This document shows positions 59,030 to 64,000 of a stretch of 64,000 nucleotides of DNA, in pieces. This DNA is from Macrostomum lignano (taxonomy: Eukaryota), in the NCBI GenBank assembly GCA_002269645.1, contig NIVC01003101.1, forward strand, positions 55,424 to 119,423, in the 5' to 3' direction. Made by a program: the position numbers and the translations under genes. Within the stretch, counting starts at the first letter, position 1; each line of letters starts with the position of its first letter. The notes beneath the pieces are model-generated. The model searched no databases and was not told the origin of the DNA. It saw only the letters and a program-made list of their open reading frames with translations.

Positions 59030-59830
59030 ATCATAGAGGGAAACAGAGATCATAGAGGGGAAAGAGAGATCATAGAGGGAAATATCTATCATAGAGGGAA
59101 ACAGAGATCATAGAGGGAAATAGAGATCATAGAGGGAAATAGAAGATCATTGAGGTGCAAGAGAGATCATAGAGGGAAACAGAGATCATAGAAGATCATT
59201 AAGGTGCAAGAGAGATCATAGAGGGAAACAGAGATCATAGAGAATGAAAGAGAGATCATAGAGTGGAAAGAGATTAGAGAGGGCAAGAGAGATCACAGAA
59301 AAGGCAAAAGAGATCATAGAGGCCAGAAGAGATTATATAGAGGGCAAGAGAGATCATTGAGGGACAAGAGTGATCATAGAGAGGGCAATAGTGATCATAA
59401 AGAGGGTAATGGCGATCATAGAGAGCACAATAGTGATCATAAAGAGGGCAATAGTGATCATAAAGAGGGCAATAGTGATCATAGACAGGGCAATAGTGAT
59501 CATAGACAGGGCAATAGTGATCATAAAGAGGGACAAGAGAGATCATAGAGAGGGCAATAGAGAGATCATAGAGAGGGCAATATTGATCATAGAGAGGGCA
59601 ATAGAGAGATCATAGAGAGGCAATATTGTTCATAGAGAGGGCAATAATGATCATAGAGAGGGCCATAGAGAGATCACATAGAGGGCAGGAGAGAGAACAT
59701 AGAAGGGAAAAGAGATCAATAATACTCGTAGAGGGGGCTTGACTTAGCTGCAGGGCGATCCGAAGACGCAGTGGGGATTCGGGCGTCGCCCATTCCACTA
59801 CATAGAGAGGGCAAGAGAGATCATTGAGCA
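59030..59830. repeat. ~20-bp purine-rich minisatellite
   Basis: Tandem gagagatcatagaggg(aaa/caa). Confidence 0.92.
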
Positions 59831-60589
59831 CACAGAAAACTGAGAAAGCGCAATACGAGACGATTATCTTAATTTTTATCTCTTTCTAGAATCCTAATTA
59901 CTTACAATATACCAGATTTCTATATGGTAGTAATTGCGAATCATTTGGTGAGTTTTTATCTATTGTAACTCAGGACTGTATTCGCCTAATTTTTATGTTA
60001 AATTGAGTTTATTTGCAATAACAGGTCTGTATTTAACATGCTCATAGTGGCGGTACTGCATTAATAATATGCTAACAATTGCTCTCCAACCTGGCCATTT
60101 CTAGCAAGCAAATGCCATGCAAGAGAAAAAAGGGTTTATTTGCAGCTTAGTTCAGCTTTGGGTTTGGCACTGCTTGCAGATCATAACTGCCCGAACTCTC
60201 TCTGCGTCTCTCCCTCACCCTATCTAGCGTCTTGCGACCTGTCATTTCTCTAACCCTTTCATAGTGTGGTGCGCTCTGCATTTTATAATCTAGTTTCTAG
60301 ATATGGTAGAAGGGTTAACTGTACAGTAGTCCTTCTGCGCCCGACTGCCTCTCGCGCTAGGGCTTGGAAGGGGTTTGCGAGTTCTGGCTCTGTCTGGTGT
60401 GGGTTAACTTGCGCTGAGTTTAATCAGTGGCTAATTCAGGAATTGCTTGCTACAGGTAACAGAAGCTGAAATCTCCAGTGTGAACGGATAGGGCTGTTTG
60501 AATTCTACTGAAAATGGGTTTTGTTAAAGTCTCTAATATTTACCTCGTAGTTGCTGTTATGTAGTTCAGTGAACCTCTGTCTAGCGCCA

Positions 60590-61390
60590 TAATTCTCATT
60601 CTGACGCTGTGATTCTCCTTTTGGGGCCATGATTTTCATTTTGTTAAATGATTCCCATTTTGATGCCGTGATTCTCATTTTAGGGCCATGAATCTTATTC
60701 TGACGCTGTGATTCTCATTTTGGGGTCATTATTCTCATTTTTGGGGCATGATTCTCATTTTAGGGCCATGATTCTCATTTTGACGCCGTGATTCTCATTT
60801 TGGGGCTATGATTCTCATTTTGGTTCCATGATTCTCATTTTGGTTCCATGATTCTCATTTTGGTTCCATGATTCTCATTTTGGTTCTATGATTCTCATTT
60901 TGGTTCCATGATTCTCATTTTGGTTGCATGATTCTCGTTTTGGTTCTATGATTCTCATTTTGGCTCCATGATTCTCATTTTAACGCTGTGATTCTCATTT
61001 TGGGGCTATGATTCTCATTTTGGTTCCATGATTCTCATTTTGGTTCCATGATTCTCGTTTTGGTTCTATGATTCTCATTTTGGCTCCATGATTCTCATTT
61101 TGGTTCCATGATTCTCATTTTGGTTCCATGATTCTCGTTTTGGTTCTATGATTCTCATTTTGGCTCCATGATTCTCATTTTAACGCTGTGATTCTCATTT
61201 TGGGGCCATGATTCTCATTTTTACGCCACGATTTTCATTTTGACGCCGTGATTCTCATTTTAGGGCCATGATTCTCATTTTAGGGCCATGATTCTCATTT
61301 TAGGGCCATGATTCTCATTTTAGGGCCATGATTCTCATTTTAGGGCCATGATTCTCATTTTACGCCGTGATTCTCATTTGGGGCCATGAT
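60590..61390. repeat. 20-bp minisatellite
   Basis: Tandem atgattctcattttggttcc and atgattctcattttagggcc. Confidence 0.95.
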
Positions 61391-64000
61391 CGAAGTCGAA
61401 GGCAGAGCAGAGCATCTGTAATCCTATTGCCATCCGATACAGATACAGGAGTAAAAATGTTGTTTGGTTTTGGTTGGACAGATAAATGAACATTCTAGCT
61501 CGAAGCAGACTTATCCCGAAGCCGAATCTAATTCCTTAGAACCTTGAGCACACGAAAAAAGTATGAATTTTCACTTATCAGGGTCCGCCACGAAAAGCAG
61601 AAGACCAATTTCAAGCACGTCCTATCTTTTACCCGTCCTAGCTTTTCTGCCCTAATAGACGAATTGAAAAACGTAGGGTGGAGTCATGTGCACATTTACG
61701 AACTCAGCCATCAGCCAACAGACGCAACACCAACCCCAAGCCCCCCCCCCACTCGGAAGAGGGGCCGCGGAAACGAGGCTCTTCGGCCTTGACAAGGTCT
61801 TGAAACCCAGAACGGAAGCCTTGGGCCTGTACAGAAAACTGAGCCTCTCTCTTCTCTCTCTCTCCTTGTCTCCCTCTCCCTCTCGGCCAATCTGGATTGC
61901 CCACACATGCCCGGGTGTCCAGCAACCCCTGTGCATGCACAAGCGGCGTTCTATAATATATCAGCACACGCGCTGCTCGACAGTCTTGTCGTCTCTCCCT
62001 CGCCATGGCTTTTACGAGCTAGACGGGCTGGAATTCTTTAAATTCTACGGCTCTGTTTGGTGAGTTTAAACGCACAGCTGGTTATCGTTGATGCTTCGGC
62101 ATTGACAGCAACTAGCGCTATAAATTAAAAACAACATTTCAATTTGTGTGGATTCATTTTAATGTCTTTAATTTCATAGATTTATGGATAATAACTTTGC
62201 ACTAGAACCATTTTTTGTACTGGTAGAGTAATATATTTTTAATTACCTAAGTATAAAAATGACTAGCCTTAAACTAAAGGCAGTTGTTATTGATACAGTC
62301 GATGACCGTATAAATCACAGAATAGTGTTTAATAGTAAAACGGTTATTTTTACGAGACCAAGCTCTGAGTAAAACAAGTTAAGCACCTTGGGGCCGAAAC
62401 AAACCACTTTTTACGGTTTTAACGCTAAACTTGCGGGTTACGTTGGTTGAGTTCGAGCGATCGAGCGGGGGAGGTCAGTTTTTGAGTCTTTCCACTGCAC
62501 TTCCGCACACATCGGATCGCGCATCCACTCTTCGGTTCCCACGCCCTTCGGATTGATTGCCAGATTTGGGTTTGGGGGCTGTGAATTTGTCATATGCTGC
62601 TATGGGTCAACTGTTGTTTGCCCGCATTCGGCCTTCTACTATCTTATCTGTCTTATGTGTCTTTCCTCTGCCTATACTGATAATTCTTTGCTTCGTCCAG
62701 CTTAAACGCGTCTCGAAAGAACTTCCTATGCTAGTGAATTTCCGAGCCCTCTATAATTGCCCCCATTTTAATACCCTCCTTATCGGTTCTAGCTTAACTC
62801 GCAAATTACAACGGAGATAGCGGTTGGCGCACGTGTTCGTCTGATAACACAAAGAAACTGTAAAACAAAAGCTCAGCTGTTCGAAGACAGGTCTTTTCCA
62901 AGATCCGAGGTAGCGCCGCTCGGACCGAAAATCTTTATCCGCGTTTTTCTCTGGGGCCTTTGATGTAAGACTTCTCTCTCGGGCCTCGGTTATGCTTCTC
63001 TCTCGTAGTCGTCTAGCGGTCTTGTTGGATTACTTTCGCGTCTTTGAAGCCTAAGAGAGCTTACAACAAGGAGATCGCTACTTTGGCTGATTCTGACTCG
63101 TGCCTGTAGCACAAATAACGAATATGAATCTCTAGATTTATTGGCGAATTGCACAAGGCTTCTAGTTCGGAAGCTTAACTCTTTCCTTCTAGGTGCCCAT
63201 TTCGGGGCCGAGGCCGTGTCTATTTTATAGATCATTTGATACACGTCATCCCCCGCCGCTGATTAGCAACGGCGGGGTGCCAAAACAGACGCAGCAACAT
63301 TAGATTAGCGCGTTGCTACGGGGCGAGAGAGATAATCTGCTATCGGTTAATTGGTCGCATCAGGCGATGGTTAAAGGTCAGTTCAGGGTTCATCGTTCGA
63401 GTCGATTCGCACGTCAGACCCCTCGTGCGTCCCTCGGTGAGTCGTCCTCTTATTCCCTGGGGTCGTTCGTCACCGCTGACCTTGGCCTGTTGACCATTGC
63501 TTTATCTCGCCCGCCAGTCGGGTTTGTGTCGTATTGCTTCTCCTGGCACCGCGCCGACTGGCTCAGCCTGGTACCGTCGGCGATTTGATATCATCTGGTT
63601 TTAGTCTGAAATCTTGGGGGAAAGTCAGAGTTAGTTTCTTATCTATAGCTTGTTTCACTTTCTTGCCGTTCTTTAATTTCTCTCACTTAGGTGTCTTATC
63701 TTTAAATTGAACTTTCGCCCTTGCTTTTTTTGCTTCTTACTTTGCCCTTTAGCGAACTCTTATTTGTCCCAACTTTCATAATTTCTAATCCCTATATTAT
63801 TCCCCCTTTTTGAAATCCTTGTGCAACGAGGATTAATCTCCTGAATCTGAAATAAAATTGCGTAAGAATATGAACGATATAGGGTTAGAAATTAAATTTA
63901 GCCAAGTGATTAATTAATTATTAAGGTAATAATTGATAGTGCTGTGAAGTATGTCAGTTAGTTAATTTGTTGCAGCGTCGTCTTCATTCATTCCTCATCC

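Overview
Eukaryotic (metazoan) genomic DNA with GC-rich spliced genes and introns packed with locus-specific minisatellites. The style fits a free-living flatworm such as Macrostomum, but this is an inference and was not checked. Host genes: GFER/ALR (3' end), ATP5IF1 and PGLS on +; an SLC16/MCT transporter and an ankyrin plus death-like-domain gene on -; AACS on +; and a tandem array of five KY/hillarin-like transglutaminase-fold genes, two intact and three degraded. Mobile DNA: a P-element-like THAP transposon with TIRs and 8-bp TSD inside an AACS intron, a long-armed MITE sharing its CAAGGAC terminus, LINE fragments and a 3-kb 40-bp satellite. The standout is a complete, very young Ty3/Gypsy retrotransposon (44225-52868, minus strand) with near-identical LTRs, CTAT TSD, tRNA-His PBS, PPT and a -1 frameshift signal. 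In the env position it carries a 558-aa non-env ORF fusing an HPD-less J-like domain to a TatD-fold domain that has lost most metal ligands. Also notable: a minisatellite made of the AACS splice-donor junction itself, and a PGLS gene with no in-frame ATG that could use the AUG at the end of the flatworm spliced leader. All homology calls come from motif recognition by eye; no searches were run.
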